This document shows, in pieces, positions 46,208 to 54,688 of a stretch of DNA of 64,000 nucleotides. The first letter of the stretch is position 1. The number at the start of each line of letters is the position of its first letter. Made by a program: the position numbers and the translations under genes. The stretch is from Candidatus Azotimanducaceae bacterium (GTDB taxonomy: Bacteria; Pseudomonadota; Gammaproteobacteria; Pseudomonadales; Azotimanducaceae): contig OZ241343.1 of the NCBI GenBank assembly GCA_965200505.1, positions 841,302 through 905,301 of the forward strand. Direction: 5' to 3'. Under the pieces are notes generated by a model. The model worked only from the letters and a program-made list of their open reading frames with translations. It made no database searches and was not told the origin of the DNA.

Positions 46208-48139
46208 TCACACTGCGGGGGCGATCCAGATCGGCGAGCTCCAGGCTCGCTCCTGGATCGTCGCGGGCACCTTCGAAGTCGACTCGACGCCGGCGCGGAT
46301 AGCGTCCCAGGTCGACCAGCGACAAGTCGGGTTCTGCAGCACCCTTAAGTAGTAGAGCGCCCGCTTGGTCGGATCGAACGTCGGGTCGCTCCACAAGGCC
46401 ACGAGCTCCACGTCTCCCTTGTCGCGCGAGATCGAGCAGTTGTTGAGGTCGACGGTTGCTCCGTTGTCCGGGCACCGGTGCGTCGTCGGGTCGGGCGTGA
46501 GGCCGTCGGAGCAGGCGACGTCGAAGACTCGCTCGTGGGTCTCGCCGGCATCGTCGATCCAGCTCTTGATGACCTGTGCTCGCTGAAGCCAGGCTTCCTG
46601 CGGGTCGCGGCTGGCCTGTACGAAGAAGCGCGGCGCTCTGCCGGGCTGAGCCGCGAGTTCGCCGCCCATCGGCACGCCGCCGGCGTACGCTCGTTCGGCC
46701 GTGTGGTGCTGGTTCGGCAGATCGTCGGGATAATCGTAGCCGGCGAAAAACCGCACGCATATACGCGGTCCAGACGTGGCAAAAGTTTCCTTGCGGCGCA
46801 AGGCCGCGTAGATCGACTTGCGCGTGTTTTCCACTGCCCAAACACCGGTCAGCCCCGAGGAGCCCCATTCGATCATATCGATTCCGAGGTCAATCTCACT
46901 CGGTCCCAGTGTCCTCTCAGGCATACTGCCGCGCGCCATGGGCGTACCGTCGGTGATGCCTGCTTGGCCGAAGTGTCGATCCTCCTCCAACGATCCGGCC
47001 GCATTGTGACCGTCAGTCGCACCGATGAAGCCGAAGAGATAAGGGTTAGCTCCGATCTCGCGCTCCATTTCGAGACCGGTCCGTAGCGCGTCACGGGCGT
47101 AGGCGCCGGTGGTCGCACCGTCGGTGAAAACCCACGATCCGTCTGCGCCAAACGCCATGGAGTTCTTGAACCAGACCTCGAAACCGGCCCACTCGTCGTT
47201 CGGCGACAGCGCCGGATGCGTCTCCGAGGTCCCCTTGCTCTGTGTGATCTCCACCAGCGGCTCGTTGCGCCGTCGTTGCTCCGTATAAGCCGCATCGATT
47301 GGCTCGCCAGCCCAGTTGGTGCGCGGGAACATCTTGCCCTGGCTCCAGTTGGGGTTATGCGGGATCGCCAGCGCCTCGATTCCATTGGCCCGTTGCTCGT
47401 CGAGCCACGTCCAGAGGTCTTCGGGGTTGAGGGAGTCGACCGCGGTGAACGGCTGCGCGGGCACGTCGTTGCCGGCGAAGATCACGTTGCGGTGAAGGCT
47501 CATACCGCCGGGCGTGGGGGAGTATTCGTAAGCGACGAAGGTTGTGAAGCGCCCGGGATCGTTGTGGTGCTCGGCCGCCTCGACCGTCTGTTGCCAGGCC
47601 GAGCGAACGATCGGCCAAGGGTCGAAGCGGGCGACGGGTTGGCCCCGCACCCACCCGTCGAGTGCGAGACCGGCTTCCCAGCGTTCCTGCAGATCGTCAC
47701 TGCGCAGCTTCACCGCCAGCGGGTGGCTGGCCTGGGGATGTTCGGGGTCGGACAGCGCAGCTGCGACGCCAAGATACTCCCCGTGGTCGGTGACCGCGAG
47801 AAAGTCGAGCGCTCCGCCCTGCAGTCGGATCGAGTAGCCGAGTGGGTGCGTCAGGGCCTCTCCCTTGGCGAAGCGGTAGGCATCGTCGGGGCTGGCTCGG
47901 ACACCGAAGGAGTAGGAGTCGATCGAGTTCTGCGTGTGAATGTGCAGATCGCCGAAGTAGGCGTGGCGCGGCGCGCTCGCGTCCGTCGCACTGGCCGGAG
48001 CCGCTCGGTGCTCAGGCGTCTTCGCATCCGCCGCCAGTACGGGGTCCACCGGCTCGGGTCGTTCCGCTGCTTGCTCGCATGCCGCGACCAGCAACCCCAT
48101 AGCGATGACCCAGCCGCGTCTTCGAACGAACGTCTGCAT
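46208..48139 (-). CDS. DUF3604 family protein (predicted lipoprotein)
   Basis: Trimmed to ATG 48139 (MQTFVRRRGWVIAMGLLVAAC lipobox). YFGDLHIHTQNSIDSY, AVTDHGEYLG, ...ERAWSSPIW are the typical DUF3604 start, middle and end motifs. Confidence 0.8.
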   Translation of the reverse strand: MQTFVRRRGWVIAMGLLVAACEQAAERPEPVDPVLAADAKTPEHRAAPASATDASAPRHAYFGDLHIHTQNSIDSYSFGVRASPDDAYRFAKGEALTHPLGYSIRLQGGALDFLAVTDHGEYLGVAAALSDPEHPQASHPLAVKLRSDDLQERWEAGLALDGWVRGQPVARFDPWPIVRSAWQQTVEAAEHHNDPGRFTTFVAYEYSPTPGGMSLHRNVIFAGNDVPAQPFTAVDSLNPEDLWTWLDEQRANGIEALAIPHNPNWSQGKMFPRTNWAGEPIDAAYTEQRRRNEPLVEITQSKGTSETHPALSPNDEWAGFEVWFKNSMAFGADGSWVFTDGATTGAYARDALRTGLEMEREIGANPYLFGFIGATDGHNAAGSLEEDRHFGQAGITDGTPMARGSMPERTLGPSEIDLGIDMIEWGSSGLTGVWAVENTRKSIYAALRRKETFATSGPRICVRFFAGYDYPDDLPNQHHTAERAYAGGVPMGGELAAQPGRAPRFFVQASRDPQEAWLQRAQVIKSWIDDAGETHERVFDVACSDGLTPDPTTHRCPDNGATVDLNNCSISRDKGDVELVALWSDPTFDPTKRALYYLRVLQNPTCRWSTWDAIRAGVESTSKVPATIQERAWSSPIWIAPAV

Positions 48140-48143
48140 GTGT

Positions 48144-49025
48144 CTAAAGGAACGATAGGCCCATCTCGCCCGCAACACCGGTGATGAAGTCTCTGCCGAG
48201 GTCGTAGTCGTGTTCCTGCAGGCCCGGTATGGGCTCCGCCATTAGCGGCGTATCGGGCGGCAGGCGATTCAGCTCGCTCAGGTACGTCCGGAAATCCACG
48301 AGACCGAGTCCCGCCAGGCAGTGCTCAATCCCGAGGGGGAACGCGGCGGGCAGTAGTTTCACGTCTTTGAGGTGGCAGCTCAGGATGGCAGGACCGAGCT
48401 TGTCGAAGCACTCCTTGATGAGCTTGCCGTTGTTGAAGCAGCGATCAGGCGAGTTCAGGATGTTCACCGGATCGAAATGCACACCGAAACTCTCCCGGTC
48501 CACGGCCTTCAGCAATGCAACATAGCTGTCGGGGTCGCTCGGGTGGATAAAGGGCATCATCTCCAGTGCGAATTTCGTTCGTCGGGGCCGCACTGCGTCG
48601 ACTACCTCGCGCACCCTTTCCACGATCATGTCCCGGCATTCATCGGTCAGGTTTTTTGGATGGGGCATGTGAAACGAGTTGGGATCACAGGTTCCGGGCA
48701 TTTCCAGGAAGCACCGGGCACCGACCTCGTCGGCCAATGCAAAGCGTTCGCAGAGATGTTCGTGCCATGCCGCGCGCTTTTCCGAATCGGGGTCGATCAG
48801 ATTGCCGGCCTCTTCAAAGGAGGTCAGGCCATGAAGTTCCGCAATCAGAACATCCTCCGCGGCGAAAGCTGTCTCGACGGCGCGGATGTGCCCGGGGTCT
48901 TTCAGCGAGATGTCGGGGCAAAACGCAGCCCGATAGCCCTTGGCGCGGTGCCCTTTGGCCAGCGCGGCCGGGTCGTCGGTCTCCGCAGCGAACACCTCTG
49001 CAGCGAAAGGGGCGCCTAATCTCAT
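48144..49025 (-). CDS. Sugar phosphate isomerase/epimerase (xylose-isomerase-like TIM barrel)
   Basis: Trimmed to ATG 49025 (MRLGAPFAAE...). FALEMMP, HFDPVN and CHLKD are metal-ligand-type motifs of the AP_endonuc_2 fold. Confidence 0.7.
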   Translation of the reverse strand: MRLGAPFAAEVFAAETDDPAALAKGHRAKGYRAAFCPDISLKDPGHIRAVETAFAAEDVLIAELHGLTSFEEAGNLIDPDSEKRAAWHEHLCERFALADEVGARCFLEMPGTCDPNSFHMPHPKNLTDECRDMIVERVREVVDAVRPRRTKFALEMMPFIHPSDPDSYVALLKAVDRESFGVHFDPVNILNSPDRCFNNGKLIKECFDKLGPAILSCHLKDVKLLPAAFPLGIEHCLAGLGLVDFRTYLSELNRLPPDTPLMAEPIPGLQEHDYDLGRDFITGVAGEMGLSFL

Positions 49026-49071
49026 CGTCTGTCTCCTTGTGGCGGCTGCAAACGCAGCGCCGTTGCCGGAC

Positions 49072-49491
49072 TCAGGCCGTGTAAGGCGCCAAGCGGTTGT
49101 GGAACTCGATGATCCAAGGCGGAAGCCTTTCCATGTCACCCTCGATCGCCAAGTTAGGGTCCTCGGGCGGAGTCGGGTTCTTCGCCTGCTCTTCGAGAAA
49201 GTCCGGGGTGTAGATTCGCCGTGCGTCAGCGGGGTCCCAGCTCCCCTGCATGTAGAGGTCGACGTCCTTCGAATTCCCCTTCTCGCACCGCACGTCCTTA
49301 CCGTCGATGTAGAAGCACCAGCTCATTGTGCCGTCTTCGTCGGCGTACTCCTTCGGCGCGTCGATGAACACTTCACAGACGCTCAGCTGGAAGTCATCCT
49401 CTCCGCACTCCCGCGCCACCTCGGCGAGGATCTTGGTCGCGAGCTCGTACCATTCCGGGCTTGCGAGCTCGACCTTCTTTGGATCGGACAT
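49072..49491 (-). CDS. Hypothetical protein (139 aa)
   Basis: Trimmed to ATG 49491 (MSDPKKVELASPEWYELATKIL...). Coding-like composition, in an operon position between the PhyH and TIM-barrel genes. No family recognised. Confidence 0.55.
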   Translation of the reverse strand: MSDPKKVELASPEWYELATKILAEVARECGEDDFQLSVCEVFIDAPKEYADEDGTMSWCFYIDGKDVRCEKGNSKDVDLYMQGSWDPADARRIYTPDFLEEQAKNPTPPEDPNLAIEGDMERLPPWIIEFHNRLAPYTA

Positions 49492-49520
49492 TTGACTACT
49501 CCCTTCCCGCTCTGCCCGGC

Positions 49521-50480
49521 TCATTGCTGCGACATGAGCAGCGTCTTCAACGTCTTGTCGGGGTCGGGGACGACGCCCTGCGGGCTTTTGGATCCAAAGA
49601 GCAGGTCGGCACCGACCATGCCACGGATCGCCTCGGACGCAGCGGCCATATACGCCTCGTCGCGCAACAGATGCGTGTAGTCCTCGACGGGCTGCGTGTA
49701 GAGGCGCTGACAACTCGCATGCAATATGGTGCGGACGCCCGGAACGGTACGCACACCCGTCTCGTGCCAGGTCGAGCCGTTCCACATGGCAAAGCCCCCT
49801 TTCGGGACCACAAGCGGAACGCTGTCCCCCTCCGCGGCTTCCGCCGCAGACGGCAAGCGCCGGTGCCTGTGGCTGCCCGGAACGAAACGGGTCGCCCCTT
49901 CCTCTTCGGTCATTCCCTCGCAGGGGAGACAGATGGTGGAGACGCAGATGTGCTCAGGCCAGGGTTGCGGAAGCCAGGCATGATCGGCGTGGAGCGGAAC
50001 CCCCATGTATTCTCCGCCGGGCTCGGTTTGCTGCAGGATCGTCCCGGCCATGGTTCCGGCGCGAAAACCCATCCCGACATTAAACTCCCACATGGCTTGG
50101 ATCTTGGGCAACGCAACCACTCGATCGACCACCGGTTTCCCGAGCAGCATGGAGCACTCGGCGACACCTTGTGCATGGCCGGCCCCAGCTCCTGTGTGTT
50201 CATGTGTCCCCAAGCGTTCGATCTCCTCGTGGATCACGGCCCGGAGCTCGTCGAGCAAGTCGTGGGGGATGGCGTCGGTGACTACGGTGGCTCCGTGCTC
50301 TCGCAGCTCCTCGACGTTGCGCCACAGATCGAGCTCATCGATGCGCGGCCGCAGTGAGGCGGACACCTCTCCGGGTGCCAGAGGATTCGCGGACAATTGC
50401 CCGATGAGATCCTCACTTGCCTCTTGTTCTGACATTTGTTCCGTCATTTCTTCTCTCCTTTCCGACTTATCCTCAAACAC
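49521..50480 (-). CDS. Phytanoyl-CoA dioxygenase (PhyH) family Fe(II)/2-oxoglutarate oxygenase
   Basis: 319 aa with a PLHADHAW (HxD) motif and FVPGSHRH...WNGSTWHETG distal His/Arg region. Confidence 0.75.
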   Translation of the reverse strand: MFEDKSERREEMTEQMSEQEASEDLIGQLSANPLAPGEVSASLRPRIDELDLWRNVEELREHGATVVTDAIPHDLLDELRAVIHEEIERLGTHEHTGAGAGHAQGVAECSMLLGKPVVDRVVALPKIQAMWEFNVGMGFRAGTMAGTILQQTEPGGEYMGVPLHADHAWLPQPWPEHICVSTICLPCEGMTEEEGATRFVPGSHRHRRLPSAAEAAEGDSVPLVVPKGGFAMWNGSTWHETGVRTVPGVRTILHASCQRLYTQPVEDYTHLLRDEAYMAAASEAIRGMVGADLLFGSKSPQGVVPDPDKTLKTLLMSQQ

Positions 50481-50542
50481 GTAGAACGTTCACCCTGAGC
50501 GGATGTCGTGTGCCGGTTTCCTGGACGCTGATCCCAACTGTT

Positions 50543-52936
50543 TCAATCGAATGTGTATTCCAACGTCACACCTACCGAACGCCGATCATAGCGGCCAAAC
50601 GTGCCGCCCTGAAGCGCAGAAGGACCTTCTTCGTCGGTGAGGTTCTTGCCCCAAAGGGTTGCCCGCCAGTTCTGGTTGGCGAGTGCAAGGCGCAGGCTCA
50701 AATCAGAAACGACGGGGGAGGTCAGCGGTGTGTTGAAGTCAATCTGGCCGTCACGGCGAAAATAGGAGGCGCTGGCGTACGCAGTCCAGTCGCCCATCAC
50801 CGGCCGCTCATAGTCCACACCGATGCGAAAATCCCATTCCGGCACCCACGGCAACTGCTCACCGTCTGCGAGACCCGCCAGTAACGCATCGGTAGTGGCG
50901 TCGATCGCCTCGACCTCGGTGCGGTTTGCCGAACCGACCATGGACAGCGATAAACCTTCAACCGGTGTATGCCATTGCAGCAGCAGTTCGGCACCGGTGG
51001 CTTTGACTTCTTCGATACTGATTATCGCGGTAAAGATGCCGAGCGTACCGGCAAACTGATAGTCCTCGTAGTCGGCCAGGTACAGACTGGGTTCGATGAG
51101 CAAAGTGCCATCAAAAAGACTGAAGCGACCACCCACTTCATAGTTCCAGAGGATGGATTCGGGCACCGCCACGTCCAGAGGTACGCCGAATAATGCATCA
51201 GCGTTCGCTACGTCGGTCGGTGAGTTGAATGTGCCGCTGCGGAATCCGCGACTGATGTTGAGGAAGATCATGATCTCATCAGATGGCGTGATGCGCAGAT
51301 TGAATCTGGGACTGACCAGACTGAATCGCTCATCTTCATCAACGTTGTCTAGCGGAAGCTCGAAGCCACCCTGTTCGAACGTCGAGATGATCTCTTTGTC
51401 GCGGTCGTCACGGAAATAGCGCAAACCGATCAGCGGTGTGATCAATCCATCCTTGAACGAACGTGAGACTTCACCGAACAAGGCCATTTGCGAGCTCTCG
51501 GTGACGGTTTGATCGGTTGTCGTGCTGGCAAAGGCCAGTGGCTCTAGAGTGTTGACCACTCGAAATTCTGGATTCTCGCCTCGCGTGTAACTGACGCCGG
51601 TGATCCAGTCCCACTCTCCATCGCCATTGGAGGTCAGGCGCAGTTCCTGGTTAAACGTTTCGACGTCACGATCGGGTGCGAAGTCAATAAGAAAATCGCC
51701 AAAGTTGGGATCAAAGAAGGCAGCGCCAATAAAAGTCGCCTCCTCATAGGTCAGGTAGCTGGTGGTGCTGGTCAGCGTGGCGAAGCCGGCGTCCCACTCG
51801 ATGTTGAGGCCGAACATGTCCACTTCGATTTCCGTGCCGCCTTCAATGCCGCCAGTGCGCCCTAGAAGTGGCGGATCGACGCTCGCATAGAGGGAGCGGG
51901 TTTCACTTTGGTCAAGATAACGGTGCTGAATGAGCCCGGTGATGCTCAGTTCATCCGATGGCTCCCACAGCACTTTAAGGCGCGCATACCAGCGGTCGAC
52001 TTCGTCCAGATCACGGCCCGGTAAATCAATGCCCTCGGCCAGGCCCGGATCCTGGGAGGCACCGGCGGTCAGGCTCGCCGCCAACACATCTTCAATCAGC
52101 GGTACACTGATGCTGGCATCGTAGGTATGGCCGTCGCCGCCTTCGTGCATGCGCGAAGCGCCGGCACGTACCCGAGCGCGAAACTGTTCAAGATCGGGCT
52201 GGGCCGTGGTAATCAGAATTGTGCCCCCCATTGCGCCCTGTCCGTACAGGGTGCCCTGGGGCCCGCGCAGCACCTGAATGGATTCCAGGTCGAAGACCTC
52301 GGCGTCCGGGCCAAGGGGCAGGTCGACGATGTAGTACGGCATGCCATCGATATAAAAGCCAACGGCGCTGTCATTGGTGGTGCTGGAGGCACCGGTACCC
52401 CGGGCATTATAGCGGCGACTGGCCGGGCCGCCGGCCGCCAGCGATACGCCGGGAATCAGCTGCGCGATCTGGTCCAGATACTGCACGCCAGAGCCCTCCA
52501 GCTCCTCGCCTGACAGGTACTGAATGGACTGCGCGACCTCCATGAGGCTTTCTTCACGCTTGCTGGCAGTGACGACGATTTCTTCAAAAACACCTTTGTT
52601 CTGCGCGTTCGTACCACTGGGCTCATCTGCAATCGCATTTGAACCAGCTAACGCGCCGGCCAACACAGCACCAATTCTCGCTAATATCGATTTCGGCTTC
52701 TTCACGACTGTCTCCCCATTCGATTCGACTTCTTCGACGACGCTGAGTTGCCCCTGGGTGCCCATTGAAATGGAGAGCCCGGTGCCGGCCAACAGAACCT
52801 CAAGTGCTTCCACGACTTCATACTGTCCTCTTAGCCGGTTGGCTGTCTTCGACTTCGTGGGGCGGCACGATTTTCGACACCGCACGGGCGATGCCAAGCC
52901 GAGCCGACAAGAAAACGTCGCGAATGTCGTCCACAC
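50543..52936 (-). CDS. TonB-dependent receptor (TBDR2) with a rearranged, chimeric 5' end; possibly non-functional
   Basis: The barrel and plug are intact (FEEIVVTASKRE, IQVLRGPQGTLYGQGAMGG, C-terminal TLEYTFD). The first ~30 codons are an out-of-frame reading of an ECF sigma gene stub, followed by only the second half of an STN domain. No N-terminal signal peptide is present. Confidence 0.7.
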   Translation of the reverse strand: MWTTFATFSCRLGLASPVRCRKSCRPTKSKTANRLRGQYEVVEALEVLLAGTGLSISMGTQGQLSVVEEVESNGETVVKKPKSILARIGAVLAGALAGSNAIADEPSGTNAQNKGVFEEIVVTASKREESLMEVAQSIQYLSGEELEGSGVQYLDQIAQLIPGVSLAAGGPASRRYNARGTGASSTTNDSAVGFYIDGMPYYIVDLPLGPDAEVFDLESIQVLRGPQGTLYGQGAMGGTILITTAQPDLEQFRARVRAGASRMHEGGDGHTYDASISVPLIEDVLAASLTAGASQDPGLAEGIDLPGRDLDEVDRWYARLKVLWEPSDELSITGLIQHRYLDQSETRSLYASVDPPLLGRTGGIEGGTEIEVDMFGLNIEWDAGFATLTSTTSYLTYEEATFIGAAFFDPNFGDFLIDFAPDRDVETFNQELRLTSNGDGEWDWITGVSYTRGENPEFRVVNTLEPLAFASTTTDQTVTESSQMALFGEVSRSFKDGLITPLIGLRYFRDDRDKEIISTFEQGGFELPLDNVDEDERFSLVSPRFNLRITPSDEIMIFLNISRGFRSGTFNSPTDVANADALFGVPLDVAVPESILWNYEVGGRFSLFDGTLLIEPSLYLADYEDYQFAGTLGIFTAIISIEEVKATGAELLLQWHTPVEGLSLSMVGSANRTEVEAIDATTDALLAGLADGEQLPWVPEWDFRIGVDYERPVMGDWTAYASASYFRRDGQIDFNTPLTSPVVSDLSLRLALANQNWRATLWGKNLTDEEGPSALQGGTFGRYDRRSVGVTLEYTFD

Positions 52937-53086
52937 GCCCTCCAGCTATTGTCCCCATTATAACGATTGAAAGGCGGTTTCCGCTAGTCGCCAGTCGTCA
53001 AGCCAGATGCACTGGCCCATCGACCACTCTTGGCGCAAGAACGGAGACGCTGCCGAAGGAGGTACACGAGGCGCTGAGGCGGCTGT
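52688..53086. repeat. Near-identical copy of two non-contiguous pieces of the first sigma/FecR/TBDR locus
   Basis: 52688-52849 matches 37143-37310 (second half of the STN domain, with a 6-nt indel). 52844-53079 matches 39098-39330 (first ~30 codons of the ECF sigma gene plus its upstream region). The two are joined at a shared TGTCTT. Confidence 0.85.
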
Positions 53087-53144
53087 CGGAGTTGATTTTA
53101 GCGTCAACGTGATGTCCAGCGGGAGGGGCTCGTTTACTCCCTAG
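53087..53144. repeat. Unclassified repeat family, copy C (core and tail)
   Basis: CGGAGTTGATTTTAGCGTCAACGTGATGTCCAGCGGGAGGGGCTCGTTTACTCCCTAG. The terminal CTA is the stop of the nucleotidyltransferase remnant. Confidence 0.85.
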
Positions 53145-53240
53145 TCGCACCCGAACGTGTCGCCCAGCACCTCCACCAGCGCCCCCCACGGATCCTTGGC
53201 CAACTCGGGATACTTCGGTTCCAGAAGGGTGCCGCGTGGC
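53141..53240 (-). pseudogene. 3' remnant of a second AbiEii-like nucleotidyltransferase gene
   Basis: The minus strand encodes ...GTLLEPKYPELAKDPWGALVEVLGDTFGCD*. The intact neighbour ends ...RTLLAPKYAELAKNPWGALVAVLRDTFGCE*. DNA identity is roughly 80% over ~100 bp. Confidence 0.7.
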
Positions 53241-53302
53241 CGCGGCCTCGCCTCGGGTCAGGACACGGCCGACGCCTTACTTGTCCATGTTGCGGTGGGC
53301 AG

Positions 53303-53344
53303 GTCAACGTGATGCTAAGCGGGAGGGCACCCTTCGCTTGCCTA
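53303..53344. repeat. Unclassified repeat family, copy D (partial, diverged)
   Basis: GTCAACGTGATGCTAAGCGGGAGGGCACCCTTCGCTTGCCTA directly abuts the stop of the gene at 53342. Confidence 0.7.
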
Positions 53345-54034
53345 CTCGCACCCGAACGTGTCGCGTAGCACGGCGACGAGCGCCCCCCACGGATTTTTGG
53401 CCAACTCCGCGTACTTTGGTGCCAGAAGGGTGCGGTCATCCGCCGCACGGTCCTGCCGGGCATCCCTGATCCGCGTGAGTATGGATTCCTTGTCTTCCGC
53501 CGGTATCAGGGCAAGGGTCTCCTCCACCGCGCCCTTGTCCACCAAACAAGCAACCGCAAGGTCGTAGGCATCCCGTTGCACCAAGCGGCCCGCAGACAGT
53601 ATGCGTCCGTGAATCTTCCCGTACAGGATCGCGGATACAGGGGCCAGAGGGACATCGGTGTTCTCTTCCTTGTGCGTCATCGGCGAGAACTCCTCTAGGC
53701 TCAATCGGCTGCGCAACAAGGCGACCGGGCCTGAGGGCAGTGTCCAGGCCAGCATGTTCCGGGTGACGCGCAGCCCCTTTATCGTTCCCCTTGAGCGTTC
53801 CGCTTGGAGCGCCTGGTGGATTGCCTCAAAGTGGCTGCCTATCCGATCTTCGAAAACGTCCGCGTTCGCGGCCAAGTCGATGTCCGTGCTGTGTCGATGG
53901 CCCCAGAGCGCGGCCAACGCCGTGCCGCCCCCCAATCTGTAGTCCGGTGGCGCTATCCAACTGGAGAGAAAGCGCACCGCCTGTTGCAGCGATTCATCCG
54001 GCCCGTTAGGGAGGCTGACAGTGTCCGTCACCAC
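53342..54034 (-). CDS. Nucleotidyltransferase, AbiEii/AbiGii toxin-like family
   Basis: 230 aa. YRLGGGTALAALWGHRHSTDIDL matches the GGTAL...HR.S.D.D nucleotidyltransferase signature of this family. GTG start overlaps the upstream gene by 7 nt. Confidence 0.75.
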   Translation of the reverse strand: MVTDTVSLPNGPDESLQQAVRFLSSWIAPPDYRLGGGTALAALWGHRHSTDIDLAANADVFEDRIGSHFEAIHQALQAERSRGTIKGLRVTRNMLAWTLPSGPVALLRSRLSLEEFSPMTHKEENTDVPLAPVSAILYGKIHGRILSAGRLVQRDAYDLAVACLVDKGAVEETLALIPAEDKESILTRIRDARQDRAADDRTLLAPKYAELAKNPWGALVAVLRDTFGCE

Positions 54035-54573
54035 GCCTCGTCAAGGCCCCCATGCATCGCCAACTTCTCGACGCCCTCCGGCAGCGGGTTTGATCCTAGT
54101 TCCGACCATTGGTTGATGAACTCAACGGACAGCCAATGCGTGACCTCGCAGTGAACCATCAGGCGCGCCATCTCGTAGAGGCTCATTCCGCCCCGTGCCT
54201 TCAGGTCGAGCAGGTCCTCCCCATCGAGTTGGATGAAGAACTCCCTAATGGTTGCTCGATACCGGGAATCCGGGATTTGCCCCGCTCTCGCCCACGCCAC
54301 CAATTGTTTCGGCTCCGGCTTGCAGGCGTAACCGGCGCAGTACTGGTCCAGCATCGCGCCAAGCAAATCGGCGTCATAGGGCGGGCGCTGCTTGGTTTCC
54401 GGGCCAAACGTGTCCAGCGGTTGCACATAATGCGGGTCGAAGACACTGCCCTTGCCGAAGACATCTTGTTCAAGGCGTTCCATGTCCTCTGCGATGGCTC
54501 CGTCGGCCGCGCTGCCCTGTGCCGGCTTGAACAACCGGTGGGTCTCGCTCGCCCGTTCTCGCAAATCCGCCAT
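54028..54573 (-). CDS. Hypothetical protein, upstream partner of the AbiEii-like gene (putative antitoxin; family not recognised)
   Basis: 181-aa ORF translationally coupled (overlapping) with the nucleotidyltransferase gene. I see no obvious AbiEi-type winged helix. Confidence 0.6.
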   Translation of the reverse strand: MADLRERASETHRLFKPAQGSAADGAIAEDMERLEQDVFGKGSVFDPHYVQPLDTFGPETKQRPPYDADLLGAMLDQYCAGYACKPEPKQLVAWARAGQIPDSRYRATIREFFIQLDGEDLLDLKARGGMSLYEMARLMVHCEVTHWLSVEFINQWSELGSNPLPEGVEKLAMHGGLDEAW

Positions 54574-54688
54574 TTTCGCCGGCTGTGCTAGTACCGATGA
54601 CAGGGCAGTATAGACTCAACTTGGGGCACTCAGCCGAGCTGCCGCCGGCCACCGGATGGCCAACACATCCTCCATCCGGCGAGCCATG

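Noticed and set aside
46201..46868. Upstream two-thirds of the 319-aa ORF 45909-46868
   Set aside because: It overlaps the DUF3604 coding region in another frame and is Arg-rich nonsense. Only the last ~95 codons resemble an amidohydrolase C-terminus.
26991..53344. Interpretation of the four repeats as integron attC sites or a gene-cassette array
   Set aside because: The position right after stop codons and the association with TA-like genes are suggestive. However, I could not find the RYYYAAC/GTTRRRY boundary motifs or a long imperfect R''-L''/L'-R' hairpin; only GGAGT/ACTCC and GTTGA/TCAAC short inverted repeats are present. The intervening modules are 12-14 kb multi-operon blocks rather than single-gene cassettes, and no intI is present. 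The repeats are left unclassified.
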